Of a stretch of 64,000 bases of DNA, positions 27,185 through 40,163 are shown in pieces (position 1 is the stretch's first letter; each line of letters begins with the position of its first letter). Under the pieces are notes generated by a model. That model saw only the letters and a list, made by a program, of their open reading frames with translations. It was not told the DNA's origin and ran no database searches. The stretch is from Lingula anatina (lineage: Eukaryota; Animalia; Brachiopoda), in assembly GCA_051362555.1 (NCBI GenBank), contig CM120640.1, forward strand, positions 24,476,225 through 24,540,224, in the 5' to 3' direction. The position numbers and the translations under genes are program-made.

Positions 27185-29560
27185 TTTCCAGAATGATTAA
27201 CCAATAAGACAGGTTTTTCAACTGAGTTGAGTTCTTAAAGTTGGAGAAGTGAAAGTGACATGGTTTTCCTTTAATGGTCACTGTGATGGCATTGCCCAAA
27301 ATAGGGATGTGTTCAGTTTTGATGCAATATTACATAATGCTTAGCAGCATAATGACCATTAAGTTTTAATAATAAAATAAAAGTATAATGGATATTCAAC
27401 AAATGTGACATGGAAAGGTCTTCAAGGTCATGGAGGTTCAGAGTCACACCTTCAAAATACCAAAATGTAAACAAGAAATAACTGTACTGAAATGATTTTC
27501 TTTCCATTTTCAACACCTTTTTTGCATAAAACAAAATGAGCAATTTAATGTCATTTTTAAATGATCAACTAAGAAAATTGTTGACATAGGTAAAATATCA
27601 ATAGAACAATTTCAAATGTCCTATTTGCTCCATTCTGAGATTCTGAACATAGTGAATGATTGAATCTGACAAACTGTAAAGATATGAGTTTTTTCCATTT
27701 TTGAAACTTTATTACGCAATACACAATAACAGGTTTACCATCATTTTTATAGAATCGACTAACAATATTGTTAAAATGCAGAAAATGTCAAAAGAACACC
27801 TTTACATATCTAATTAGTTTTAAAATGAGGCTGTAAACATGCCTAAGAATTAAATCTGAGAAAAAAACACTTATTTACAAAAACAAGGCATAACTTCATC
27901 AAAACTCGCGTAATATTCATCAGTTCTGTAAGTTTCAAGCCAAAAGGTAAAAAAGGTTTTCCACTTATCGTGTTATCAGTGAAAGTGCACGGCAACGACG
28001 GAGACGACAGACGCAGGTGAAGGCTATATGTACAAACACATGTGTCTGTACATAAAATCAATACACAAAAGGGAAACACACTCAATCACACTTGAGAGAA
28101 AATGCACATCAGCTTTAGAAGAGAAACACGACAACCAAACAAGCGTGACCTAAATAGGGCATATGAAGGTTTTGGTTCTAGCCTCAACTTTCAAGAACCA
28201 CCTAGAAACATGGACGTAGGAAGAATATGACAGAATAGAAATGAAAAGAGAGTAAGACACGGTGGCACTAACCCATCTCCAGTAGCTTGGATTTCAGTCC
28301 ATTTACGATTACTTTTTCTGCGGCGATTATTCGAGGTCCGGGCTAAGAGCTGAGTGCTGTTTGTACATGTACATTTCCCAGAGCGAAGAGTTCACATGGA
28401 TTGAAGGGTCGAATTCACAGAAGCACACCATGGGGAAAAGACGAAACATTCGATGTTTTGTGCTAGTAAATAAACTATCCTCAGGTGCGATGCATTGGCA
28501 TAGGATCACATGTGAATTTAAGGCGGTTGCCTTCGTGTCCTTTGTACTCCTCTGGAGTGAAACGCAACATGTCCATCCCGCTTCACAATTGCCGCCATTA
28601 GACTTCCAAACTTAGATTGTCGGCTGGGGGCGTTACTGTCGTCAGCATCCTGTCAGTTTGAACGCGGGGGTGTCGTATGAGAATGAGACCCAAATTTCAT
28701 TATTGCATTGTATATACACCTACGTTTGAAATGCATTCAGCGTTTTCCTACCTAAACTTTTTTTGTTTAAACAGAAAACAACGCGCATTTACCTCGGAGG
28801 GAAGAATCAATGTACGGCTATAAAAGTTTTTGGAGGGAAACCACGCATGCTATTTTTACACCGGCAGAGAGTACTTAGGCATGTTAACAGTCTCATTATG
28901 GAACTAATTAGATATGTAAAAGTGTTGTTTTGAAATTTGGTGCTTCTTAACAATATTGTTAGTTGATTATGTAAAAATGACAGTAAACCTGTTATCGTGC
29001 ATTGTGTAATATTATTATATATTATTAAATAAAGTATCAAAAATGGAAATGAACTCATCATTGCAATTCGTCAGATTCATTCATTCACTAAGTTAAGAAT
29101 CTCAAAATGGAGCAAGTTGGACATTTAAAATTGTTCCATTGATATTTTTCTATTGACAGCATTTTTTGAATTGATCATATAAAAATGACAGAAAATTGAT
29201 TTTGTTTTATGTAAAAAAGGTGTTGAAAATGGAAATAAACTCTTCAATACAGTTATCTCTTGTTTACACTTGGGGATTTTCAAAGTGTGACTCAGAACTC
29301 TATGGGATAGTCACATTTTTTTAATATCCATGATACTTTTATTCTATTATTAAAAAAATTATGGTTATTATGCTGTTAAGCACTGTGTAATATTGCATCA
29401 AAATTGAACAAAACCTTATTTTGGGCACTGCCTCCATAGTGACTGTGAAAGGAAAACCATGTCACTTACATTGTACTCTTCTCACACTTACAGGAAAGAA
29501 ACAAAGGACTGAAATACAGCTTCAGTTGAAAAATCTGTCTCATTAGTCAATTTTCTGGAA
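27185..29560. repeat. Long imperfect inverted repeat: arms ~27185-27847 and ~28874-29560, spacer ~1 kb
   Basis: Colinear reverse-complement matches. GTGACATGGTTTTCCTTT (~27255) pairs with AAAGGAAAACCATGTCAC (~29448). TTCCATTTTCAACACCTTTTTT (~27502) pairs with AAAAAAGGTGTTGAAAATGGAA (~29213). TTTACATATCTAATTAGTT (27801) pairs with AACTAATTAGATATGTAAA (28902). Confidence 0.92.
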
Positions 29561-30760
29561 GTTATTTATTTATTTTTTTTTATTATTTTTTTTGTGTGAA
29601 AATTTTTATCTTTCACATATTGGAATTTTCCATGTAGGACTTAGAGCTCCCTTGGGCATGAAGCCCAGTGGTAATCAAATTTTCTTAATGTCCATGTTTT
29701 TAAAAGTAGGTATTTAAAAATTGGTGGTATTTATATTATGTAATGTTGCATCAAAATTGACAAAAAAAATACTTTGTGCTCTGTCACCATTAACGTTATG
29801 GAAATAAAACTGTGTTATTTAACTAGTCTTACAAAAATGATCCTTAGGATTTACATACAGCACATATTAGATAACCAGCTCTATTGGATTATCATTGTTA
29901 TTAAATTTATGCATTTTTTGTGACATTTTCATTTTTCTCTTTCTGGCACTTTCTAAGTGTAAACTTGAACTCTGATGGGCCTGAAGCCTTATGCTTTTAC
30001 TTTCATCGGTGTTACCTGTTGTGCATAATTAAAATTTGATGTTGACTATGCAGTTAAACATAATGTATTATTGCATCAGAATTGGCAGTCTCTTATTTTG
30101 TGCATTATTATTTTCTGCTTTTCTTAAGGTGTGACTTATGGGCCTGAAGATCTTTGATAGACAAATTTATATATCAAACTCAAAGATTAAAAGTTTGAAT
30201 AGCAACTTCATTGGAATTATATTTCTGATATGTTTTCTTTGTAATTTTTTCTCAAACACTGGCATTTTTAAGATGTGACTTTTAACTCCCATCCACCTGA
30301 GGCTCTGTATTTCCACATAAGCAGTTGTATTGGTATTTATGTTTTTAAACATTATGTAATATTATTTTATGCACTGTCATCATTTTTTATATATTGGGAC
30401 TTTCATCATGTGAATTTGAACTCTCATGGTCCTGAAACTGTAATCTTATTGAAGGGGTGGATTGGGACCATCTTTTGGGTCTCCTGGAAGATGGTCAGAT
30501 TTGAAAGTTTACATTGATGGGTATCTATTTTTTTCTTTCTGTTGGAAGACCATCAAAATGAAGGATGGATCAACATAGATACTTTGGAATTCTGTCAGAA
30601 AATATCTCTGGATCCGCCCCTGTTATTGACCATGTTACCTGTTGTGCATGATTAAAATTCAGTGTTGACTGACTGTGCTATTATAAGCATTATTTATTAT
30701 TGCATCAAAATTGACAAAATTACCTATTTTGCATCTTTATTTTCAGTTTTTTGTCTGTAC
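29360..30760 (+). repeat. Degenerate direct repeats (~300-350 bp spacing) related to the inverted-repeat arm
   Basis: TTGCATCA(A/G)AATTG recurs at ~29393, ~29746, ~30071 and ~30700. GTTACCTGTTGTGCAT occurs at 30011 and 30634. Confidence 0.7.
30452..30622. mobile_element. MITE with CAGGGGCGGAT-type termini
   Basis: Left end AAGGGGTGGAT, right end ATCCGCCCCTG, flanked on both sides by TTATTG (6-bp target-site duplication). Confidence 0.7.
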
Positions 30761-31797
30761 ATTTGACAGCTTTGCTGCCTTGTTTATCTAATAGCACTCA
30801 GATTTATCTATTCCATTGAGTCACTTAGGACAATAAGATTATCAATACATCGATTTGTGGGTAAAAACAATAATCAACATTCACCTTTTCCTTAGTGTTG
30901 AGTTTTGCAGAAATGGCACACGCAGGTAGGAAGACGCAGTTTTTCTGAAATAAACCAGGTCTCTAGTGCATTTCAACAACAAGTGCTCTTCAGTGACATC
31001 TATTGTAATTTGCATAATATTAAGTTGCTCACTGCACAGTGAGCTGTCTCCCAGCATGCTCACTTGGCAGTTGGACCCAGAGGGGTGAAGACGTGCAAAA
31101 AAGGTGCAGTGCAGTCACAAAGTGGACCTTGTACAAGGCGGAGGAAAACGCATGTTTTGTAAGCATCACTATTTTTTTCCATAACCTTGTCAATAAATTC
31201 TAAAGGGGCAGTCAAATGAGAGATTTGTAGGACTCTTTATTGATATATACCTTCATAAAGAAGGTACAACCATAGACAAAAACATCTTACTACAACATTA
31301 CACAAATAAAAAAGCAACAAAGTTACATAAATAAATACACATCATCATTACATATATAGATCAAGTATTTCAAAACCATAAGTTAGGTTTGATCTTAATC
31401 CCGAGTCATTGCTCACAGCATGGGATCGCTCTTTTTTTGCATGGTAGACATTGTATACTATAAGCACTCTAAACAAAACTAATGTATAAAAATACATCAT
31501 GCAAAAGCCTGTTCCCTTTGTTGAAAACGTCTATTAACATAAGGCATGACTATCAAAGTCCTATGCACCTAATATGTAACACGATTCTCTAACATTATTA
31601 CCATCGTTATTTTTATGTCACGCAAAATATTAGAATATATTGGTTCACTGTTTCAAATCAGGTGAGCCGTTACAATGCTTTGGGAATGCCAATGTTCAGG
31701 AGGAAGAGTGCTCTCTGCTGGCCTTTGATGAAAACCTTAGGTTGCTTACAATATTTCAACTTTACATTGCCACAAAAAACTCCGACTGATTACACTA

Positions 31798-32007
31798 AGG
31801 GCACAATCCCATAGATTTTAGAACGATCTATCCCCGTGGGGAGTCTCACTAGATTACTGTCAGATAATCCGGCTTAAATGTCGTTCTGCCTACTACAAGG
31901 TGTAAAGGGGTAATTAACTTCCATGCATTTGACTGTAATTTAGTGTGAACCCCCAAGGAGTTAGGTTGATCTAGTAAGAACGATCTAAATCTCTGGGAAT
32001 GCCCTCT
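31798..32007. mobile_element. MITE family A, copy 1 (TA-flanked, Tc1/mariner-like by target site)
   Basis: Imperfect TIRs AGGGCACAATCCCATAGATTT ... AAATCTCTGGGAATGCCCTCT with TA on each side. The internal sequence is the reverse complement of 41808-42024. Confidence 0.85.
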
Positions 32008-32369
32008 TAGTGCATGTACTGATTCTCAATATAAAGATCCGTTTAACTTTTTTTTTATTTTATTAAAAGTAAGCTAGCAGAAGAATTGCAGAATGATGGC
32101 ATGCATAAAGAATTTTTGTCACATTTGATGCAATAAATTACATAATTCTGAAAAGCTTAATCACAACCAATTTTTAATCATATGCTATCATTTAAATGTG
32201 GACATTCAGAAAACGTAACTAGCATAGGGAACAGTCTGCATACATAATAAAGAGGCTGATCTGTATCATCTCTGAAATGTGATCCATTTTAAGTACTAGT
32301 ACTGGTAAAACGGTGTGAAAGTATTAAAATTTCCAGAAAGTATATAAGAATGACATAATCTGTGCATCT

Positions 32370-32984
32370 TCAAACATTATTTGTTAAGTTGGGTTGATCT
32401 TCCATTTTTCTATAAACTGTAACAATTTTAAATGATTTTTGAGGCCCTACAACTTTCCATGTCGTTGTAAAATTTTTTTGTGATTGCAATTCGTAAAATC
32501 CATCATAGATATCATCACCACATGGGTGTTGGCACATAGCTTCCACAGGTTTAAAGCCACTTTGCTCATCTTTGTTGGTTTCTTTGAAGTTTAAATCATG
32601 AAAATACCCTGCCTCATAGAATAAATTTGTACTAAAACCTGTATTAAAGGGCTTCAGGTCATTTTCTACAGCCTGTGCATGTTTTGAGCAGTGATATGCA
32701 TTGACTTTACCATCTTGCATATCAAAACAGTACAAATATTGTCTTGTAAATGGCCCAGAGGCAGAGACATATTCTAGGTTATTAAAATGTCCTCTTTCTC
32801 TATACAACAGCCATTTCTCTTTGGTGTCTGTGTCACTCTCCAACTTGCACCAGGGTAAGTATGAAGCTTCCCCATCACGGACAGAGCCAAGTAGAGCACC
32901 ATTTGTTAGAGATCTCACTTCACGATTAAATTTCCAGCAGCCTTTGAAAAACTTCAGCATGGTCTCAGGATCAGTTTCCGTCAT
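32370..32984 (-). CDS. DUF6314-like protein, 204 aa, single coding exon
   Basis: Clean ORF with an in-frame upstream stop at 33030-33032 and a 5'UTR acceptor (ttttcag|) at 33036. The motif series FxGxWxFxR, LLYxExG, RQYLY, FHDL, HPCxxDxY and WKVxGPxK..TxY matches DUF6314 as I recall it. Confidence 0.8.
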   Translation of the reverse strand: MTETDPETMLKFFKGCWKFNREVRSLTNGALLGSVRDGEASYLPWCKLESDTDTKEKWLLYRERGHFNNLEYVSASGPFTRQYLYCFDMQDGKVNAYHCSKHAQAVENDLKPFNTGFSTNLFYEAGYFHDLNFKETNKDEQSGFKPVEAMCQHPCGDDIYDGFYELQSQKNFTTTWKVVGPQKSFKIVTVYRKMEDQPNLTNNV

Positions 32985-34103
32985 GACAACGTGATGAGTA
33001 TCACCAACTCCAACTGGAAGTGGAACCCCTTACACCTGAAAAATATTTTCCCTCGTATCAACTAGGTTTCACTTCCAATGTGGTTTACACAGTCGCTGCT
33101 CATTTCTTCAACCACAGAGACATGTAGACATTACCAAATGTAATGCCTTTTTGTATAGTTGACAAACAATACTGTATTACATTTTACTTCCACACTTTTC
33201 TGGCATGCCTTACACTGGGGGCATGATAAGTCCCCGTTTTGTACAAAGTGATGTTTATCTCTACAGACTTCTTAAAATCTTCATTCTTGGAGGGGTTACA
33301 ATGTACCTCACATTTCAGCCTAACATGCTAGGCATTTACTCTGCTATAGAAGTGTACTTGAATAAAGAGTTTGATATTTTCACCTAAACTTAACGAGAAA
33401 GAGTCCATTTCTCCAGTTAATTTTACAAATTACATGGATGATACAACAAAATGAGCATGTAGTCCGTGTAGTATCTGATATAGTGATAGCGATATATTGT
33501 AGCACTGTTAATTGGCTTGGAAATGAGTAAATGCTGAAAATAAGAGTCCTGCAAGTAACGCTAACACAGTTTTGTGTAACCTACTAAGTTCATCCCAAAG
33601 ATCGAACCTGAGAGCAAGTTTTTTCATGATAAATCCAAGCAACACCTGCGGCCAGTGACCGAGCAGTTAGGCCGGCCATGTGATGTCAGAAATTAGGTCA
33701 TTGTGGTCTCGCAGTTTTATCGAGTAAATGGATAAACAATTAAAAAATAAAGAATTCCAAAACTATTGTCACTCTAACCAACGTTAACCTCTATATTAGG
33801 AGCCATTCGTTTTATTTTTGCACATTCAACAATCAAGAAACATTCAGAAAGTAATAAAAAAAGACCCGCAGTAAATGAACTTTAATCCCGGAAGAAGTTT
33901 CGATTTCGTTTGGGACAGTGTCTTGTCCAGTACCTTGTGGAGTAAAGTAGTTAGAATAATCGTGCCCTAACTGCCAGGAGTATGTTTTAACATACCAACT
34001 GTAGCGCAACAGGTGCAAATAGGATTGCTAGAGTACGATATTACATATTCTTTTGAAGTATTGCTTAACTTTATTCGTCGATCTTGATTACCCTGAGAAC
34101 ACC
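32985..34103. promoter_or_regulatory. Putative bidirectional promoter and 5'UTR region between the divergent genes
   Basis: The two start codons are ~1.1 kb apart, head to head. CpG is locally more frequent at ~33.6-34.1 kb, and there is an ETS-like CCGGAAG at 33888-33894. Confidence 0.5.
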
Positions 34104-36821
34104 ATGAAGCTTGGCCGAGTGGTTGTCGTGGGCGCTGGTCCCAGTGGATGTTATGCTGCCACCAGACTTGCACAGAGTCAACTGTTTGAGGCAGTACACG
34201 TGTACGAGAAACAGGAGACTGTTAACCCAACTACAGCTATTGGGAGAAACATCAATATTACTCTGTGTAAAAGAGGTGCTAAAAAGTTTTTTTATTCTCC
34301 TGTAATATATTACTACACTGCTACTATTAGATGGTGTGTCATGTGTCACTTTAGTTCAGATTGCACTCCCATTCCAATTGCATATGACCAGATATACAAT
34401 TTATTCACAGTAACCGTGTATGTCCATACTACTGTACATGTGTACCACATGTTAGTGTATACGCATGTACCACAAGTACTTCAGGTGCCAGGGAAATGCA
34501 TGCATTTTTGAAATTTTTTGAAAGATTCGTTTTTAAGATCTTAAATTTTTTCAATGACAAAACTTTGGAGTTTTTCTCTTTATACCAGTTGTATATAAAA
34601 TTGTCTTCTGATTAATATTTCCTGAGGGATGCCAAGTGCATCTCCTTCTTCTGCCAGTGCTGGACTCTTTTTTCTGGCTCGCAGAGTCAAGCTACTATAC
34701 ATGGTGTTACATGCAAACCACCTATATTGGGTTATTTTGCTCTAGTACATGTGCTCCTGTGCTTATAGATGTATTCTTGTGCATGTACAGTGTATGTACT
34801 GTACCTGATGGTCAGTTGTACACTGTAGATCACATAAGTGTAACAGTAACCCAACGGTACAAAAGGTTAAATGATCCAAAGCAATGTGTAATTAATTAGT
34901 TTTTTTTAATTGAATTAATTGTGAATCTGATCATGACTTTATTTTACAATAAGATGTAAATGAAATACTATTTAGAATTTGTGATCTCTTTGCTATGTGC
35001 ACTCCTGAGTCAATTGTGATGTTGGATGAATACCAGTTTATCAGTACAAGTTTTTTTTTTTCTTTACAGGAATTGATGCTTTGAAAATACTAGGTAACAT
35101 GCCTTCTGCAGAACTCCCAGCAGCTAGTTTGAAACACTTCTCCATTCACACCAATCAAGGCACATTTCAACATGCATATGGAGGTGAAGGCCTTTTGTCA
35201 GTGAAAAGAAATGATTTGTACCAGTACCTAAAAATGAAAGCTGAAACAGCAGGTGCAATTTTTCATTTTGGCCATACTTTGGAGTTGGTATCCCCAGCAA
35301 AGGAAAATGGCAGCAGTCTCACTATTTTTTATGATAAAAATGGTCACACCATTTCAGAGCCTGCAGCATTGGTGATAGGGGCAGATGGTGTTCATTCATC
35401 AACAAGAAAATTTTTGTTTGAGAAAATTGTGTCAACAAAATATAGATCTTGTGATTCACTGCAAGTTGACAGCCAACAGCACCCAGGATCCTGCATTATC
35501 CAAGAACACCCTCTTGGATACAGAGAAATCACCATACCTGCTGATGTCCTGTCACGCTATAGTCATAGTCTGCCACAAGATACCTTTCACATATGGGGAA
35601 GCCAAGAGTTTGTTGTATTGGGTCTGCCATCACCTGATGGGACTATGACATTAGGAATATATATGAAGAAGGAACAGCTGCTTGTAAAATCCATGAAGGA
35701 TATTGTAAAGGCCATGCAGTCCAACTTTTCAGATTTGAAGGACTTGCTGTCAGAAATCCCAGACTTACATGTATGTATGCTAGTGATTGTGTGGGGTTTA
35801 CCCATTCAAATTACTTGACTGAATATAATATTTAAGTTAGTTAAAACTTGTTTTGATATTTATTCTGCACAGATTTTACATTTATTTTCAATATTTTATC
35901 GTAATGAGATGCATTTTTCTCTGAATGTTGTTTATTGACTCATTTTTTGTCAAATAAAACCACAAGATTTTTTAAAAGTTATGAGTATCTTTATATTTAT
36001 TTGACAGAGTTCAGGGCGGGTTGGAAGTTTGACTACAGTGTCATCAGCATTCTATAGTTTAGGAAACATTGCTCTTATTGGAGATGCTGCTCATGCCATG
36101 CTGCCATTCCTGGGTCAGGGACTGAACTCTGGTTTGGAAGATGTCTGCATTCTCCTGGATGCTCTGAAGAGTAGTCAAACACCACTTGGTATACATGTTG
36201 GTGGCTCTGTACATACTGCACCTGTACTTTCATTCTCTAGATTTATGTATCTTTTTCTTCTGTGGATTTTAAAGCTGGGGTAGCGCTAGCAATTTTTTTC
36301 ACTTAGCCAAATCACCACTTTTTTGTCAATTTGTTATCCAAATGGTTATAATTTGACTAAAACAAGTCAAATCAAGCCTTTTTTGTTTAGCCAATTTATG
36401 TCAGTTTTAGCATTTGACTAAATTGGCGAGTGTTAGTGCTACCCCAGTAAAGATTACCAGGTTAACACATGTATGTAATACTGGTGGTATTATATTGTAT
36501 TTGGCAAGTTGTTTTATTCTGCTGTATTTGCATTTCTATTTTTATTTGCGATCAATTTTATTTTTGGTCTAGGTCTTTCTAGTGATACCTTGTTAAGAAT
36601 ACTTGAAGACTTCTCAACAAAGCGCAAGAAAGATGTGGATATCATATTAGCAGAGAGTCTGGCAGAATATGAAAAATGGCGTACTCTTAGTTCGGTTGAC
36701 TTGAGCCATGGATTTCAATATCAAATCCAAATGAGTAGTTTCTTTGAAAAAATTAGCTCCAGCACAGTGAGTTATTCGGAGGCATGGAGAATGACAAAAG
36801 AAGAATCTCCTCCTGTTAAAG
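34104..36821 (+). CDS. Exons 1-4: FAD-dependent monooxygenase module, kynurenine 3-monooxygenase-like (group A flavoprotein)
   Basis: [10 protein letters not shown] (GxGxxG); [12 protein letters not shown]|IDAL (KMO GRSINLALSxRG); VIGADGVHS (DG motif); GYREITIP; FHIW; [23 protein letters not shown] (GD motif). Confidence 0.93.
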
Positions 36822-37622
36822 GTAGGTAAAACGGTAATGTGTAATCCCACAGAAGTCGTGATTGGTATTCTATTACACTGTTTGTTTGCCTGTGTGTGTT
36901 AGTTCTTTGTTTACTGTTGTTTTTCATCCATTCAATTATATTTATATTATTTATATACTAAGACTTAAAGTATATGCATGAATATATCCATTCACTTATG
37001 TATATGTTTGCTATTATTTTCTAATATTCATTGATGTGAATATTTAAAGGAAAATTAGAAACTATTTTGGATCCTGGCCTGTTTTCAATTAATAAAATGA
37101 TCATTGGTTGTTATAGTCAATTATGTTCGATTTAAACTTTGTGTGGGTGCCCTTAATGATTTTTTACATCTTTCCCTGTTGAGATTTTAAAGAACAAATT
37201 CATTGTTTTAGGGATTGGTGAATATGTTCACAAAGGAGAGACATTAGCAGTGTATGAGGCTGTGAAAACTGTGATTGCCATACGCTCCCCATGTGATGGT
37301 ATGATCAGTGACATAAGTTTTGGACCTGCTGGTGAGCCCGTATACAAAGTCAAGACTATAGATTCTGAAAAAGATCCAGGTGTGTCACCGCCAGTCATCC
37401 AGTCATCTGTAAGGGTAGAACAAGATTTGTCCCCCAATTCTACAAGCGATAGGTAAAAGTATTGTTGCACCCTTTACATTATATAGTACATCGTGTGTTT
37501 ACATTGATGAATTAACAATTGCAATATAGTTACCGGTATATGAACGTTATTATAGTATAGTTTATGTACTACTAACAAGTATTTCATTTCTCTAAAAACA
37601 AGCAGTTTAAATTAAGGTCAAT

Positions 37623-37705
<83 letters not shown>

Positions 37706-40091
37706 TTCTGCCATCATGGTCAGTGAACATGTCCTGATTGATATTGGGATGACTGACTGCTAGTATATTATATCACCTAGTATTTTCTCATTATGTTCTG
37801 AAAGTGTAGATAGAATTCAGAGGAATGGCTGTCTGACTATGGTTTTTCTAGTTCATTTTGCCTTATTGTTATTCTTCTTTATTATCAGTCATTTGGTGGT
37901 GAGCAGCCAGGAAGACAAAGAGGTTTTATTTGATGAGAAATTATACTTTGAACACTTAAAGACCAGTTACATTGGGAAAAAATTAACATACATGAAAACT
38001 ACTGGCTCTACAATGGATGATGCCAAATCTGGGGCACATAATGGTGAGAAGAATTAAGTTCTTTGTTTATGTATATGATCTTGTCTTAAAATTACCATTA
38101 TTAGAAAAGCACCCAGACCTCCCCCAAGGCAATTCGTTTCTCATTATTATTATTTGTTTGTTTGTTTATTTATTTATTGATCACCAAAGTCAAATTGATA
38201 TTAAGTTGTCCCATTTCTGAACTATCCTGAATTTTTTATCAAAATCTGGGTATTACATTTTGATTAAGACAAAATCAAAAACTTTTTAAAGTACAGGTTA
38301 TACCAGTTTGTAACTTTTGAATCAAATGGTCTTTAAAAAAATTAAATGTACTTCTGTAGTAAATATACCCACATTTTTATTCAGCTCTCAGAAGCATCTA
38401 CATGCATCTGTTTTTTGGATTTTAGGCTGTGCATCAGGCACTGCATATATGTCAGAAGCTATGACAGCTGGCAGAGGACGCCGAGGGCGAACCTGGAAAT
38501 CACCACCTGTGGGGAATATTTATGTTACAGTTGTGCTGCGTGTTCCCATTGCTGTGAGTGAGCTAAGTAGTTGCCTTAATGATTCCATTCAATTTTGCAA
38601 TAGTTTATAAACAGTTGCTACCTGCACTAGTGCACGGAAAAGTACATTTAACCCTGTATTTCCTTTGAAAGTTAGATCATCCAAATCCAGAGAAGAAATA
38701 AGTACTTGATTTTTTTTACTTCCTTTCAGCTCAAAAATGTATATGGATTAAGTCTTTGGGAGCATTCCCATAAACCCATCGAACTAGCTGGATAGATCCA
38801 ACTCTGCAGGGATTCTCACTAATTTGCATTCATTGTAAGCACCTTAAATGTCTACTCAAGCAACAATAGGCAGTTACCCCCTAATTAATCAAGGGGGTGT
38901 GCCAGACAATTAAGCTGATTACACTGAAAGCACTTAAGAGAGAAGCCATGCAGAGTTAAATCAATCCAGCTACCGGTAGTATCATGGATTTATGGGAACA
39001 CAATGTACATATTTAATAGAGGATTGTTGTTAAATTATATTGGTAAATTAAAAACTTGGTGCTTTCAGGAAGGCTTGACTAAAATTCAGTTTGCTGCTGC
39101 AGTTGCTGTCCTGAGAGCTGCCCATTTAGAAGGAATACTGGACGCCAAAGTGAAATGGCCAAATGACGTCTGGGTGAAGGGCCATAAAATGGCTGGTATT
39201 CTGGTGGAGGCTGAAGGTGAAGCTTCCAGTGAAGAGAAACAAACACCTGGAGAAAAAAACCTTTCCACATTTTATTTAGGAATGGGAGTAAATGTGAATG
39301 CCGACATTCGCCGTGATGCTGACATGAGAACCCAAGCTACTAGTATGGCCAATGAAGTTGGAGATATTGTTTCCAGGGAAAAGGTTCTTGCCAATATTTT
39401 GGAAAATTTAGAGTCTTTGTTGTCAATGGAATTTCCTGACATTTTGAAGGAGTTTAAGGAGTTTCATGTTGTAAAGAAATCAGCAGAAATGGTAATCTAC
39501 CCAAAAGATGGCAAAGAGTATCCAGCAATTTATGATGACATTACAATGGATGGCAAGTTGCATGTACAAAGTAAGTTTTTTAAACAGAATTTCAGAAAAT
39601 GCAGGTTCAAAGGAAATATGAAACCATACTGGTAGGCACATGTACTTCAGAAAATGTTAGTATCTGTATGTTAAAGGGATAACAACTCTTCATACAATGT
39701 ATGAGATTCAAAATTCCACAATTAAAAGTTTTAAAAGTTTGCCAATTGAAAAATCATTTCATACCTAGAATCCCTTGAATCTTCTTTCTTTTACTTTTCT
39801 GTTCAATGCCTGTGCATGTGCCCCGGATTGCTGTCTTAATTTGTCAAAAGTAATGCCTCAGTCATATTTCAGTGTGATAATTACTTTCAGGATTGGATTC
39901 CAAAGAACCTGTCATAGTTAGTGACACAGCTACATCTGTGCGCCCAGAACCAAAGTCTGTCATTTATGTCTATGATGGAGAAGGTTGTGCTAACCAAAGT
40001 GTCCAAATGCTTACCATCTGGTTGGAGACTATGGTAGACACAACAAAGTACAAAATTAAAAGGATTTCTTCAGAGGAAACAAAAACAGGCA

Positions 40092-40163
<72 letters not shown>

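Noticed and set aside
28361-28615. 84-aa ORF in the inverted-repeat spacer
   Set aside because: No recognisable motif and no convincing splice context.
31005-31046. Octamer ATTTGCAT plus hairpin GCTCACTGCACAGTGAGC containing an RSS-like CACAGTG
   Set aside because: Short motifs with no correctly spaced nonamer or associated gene; compatible with chance.
34104-36829. Assigning the symbol KMO (or HLCS to the ligase part)
   Set aside because: Substrate residues diverge and the architecture is atypical, so orthology is not established.
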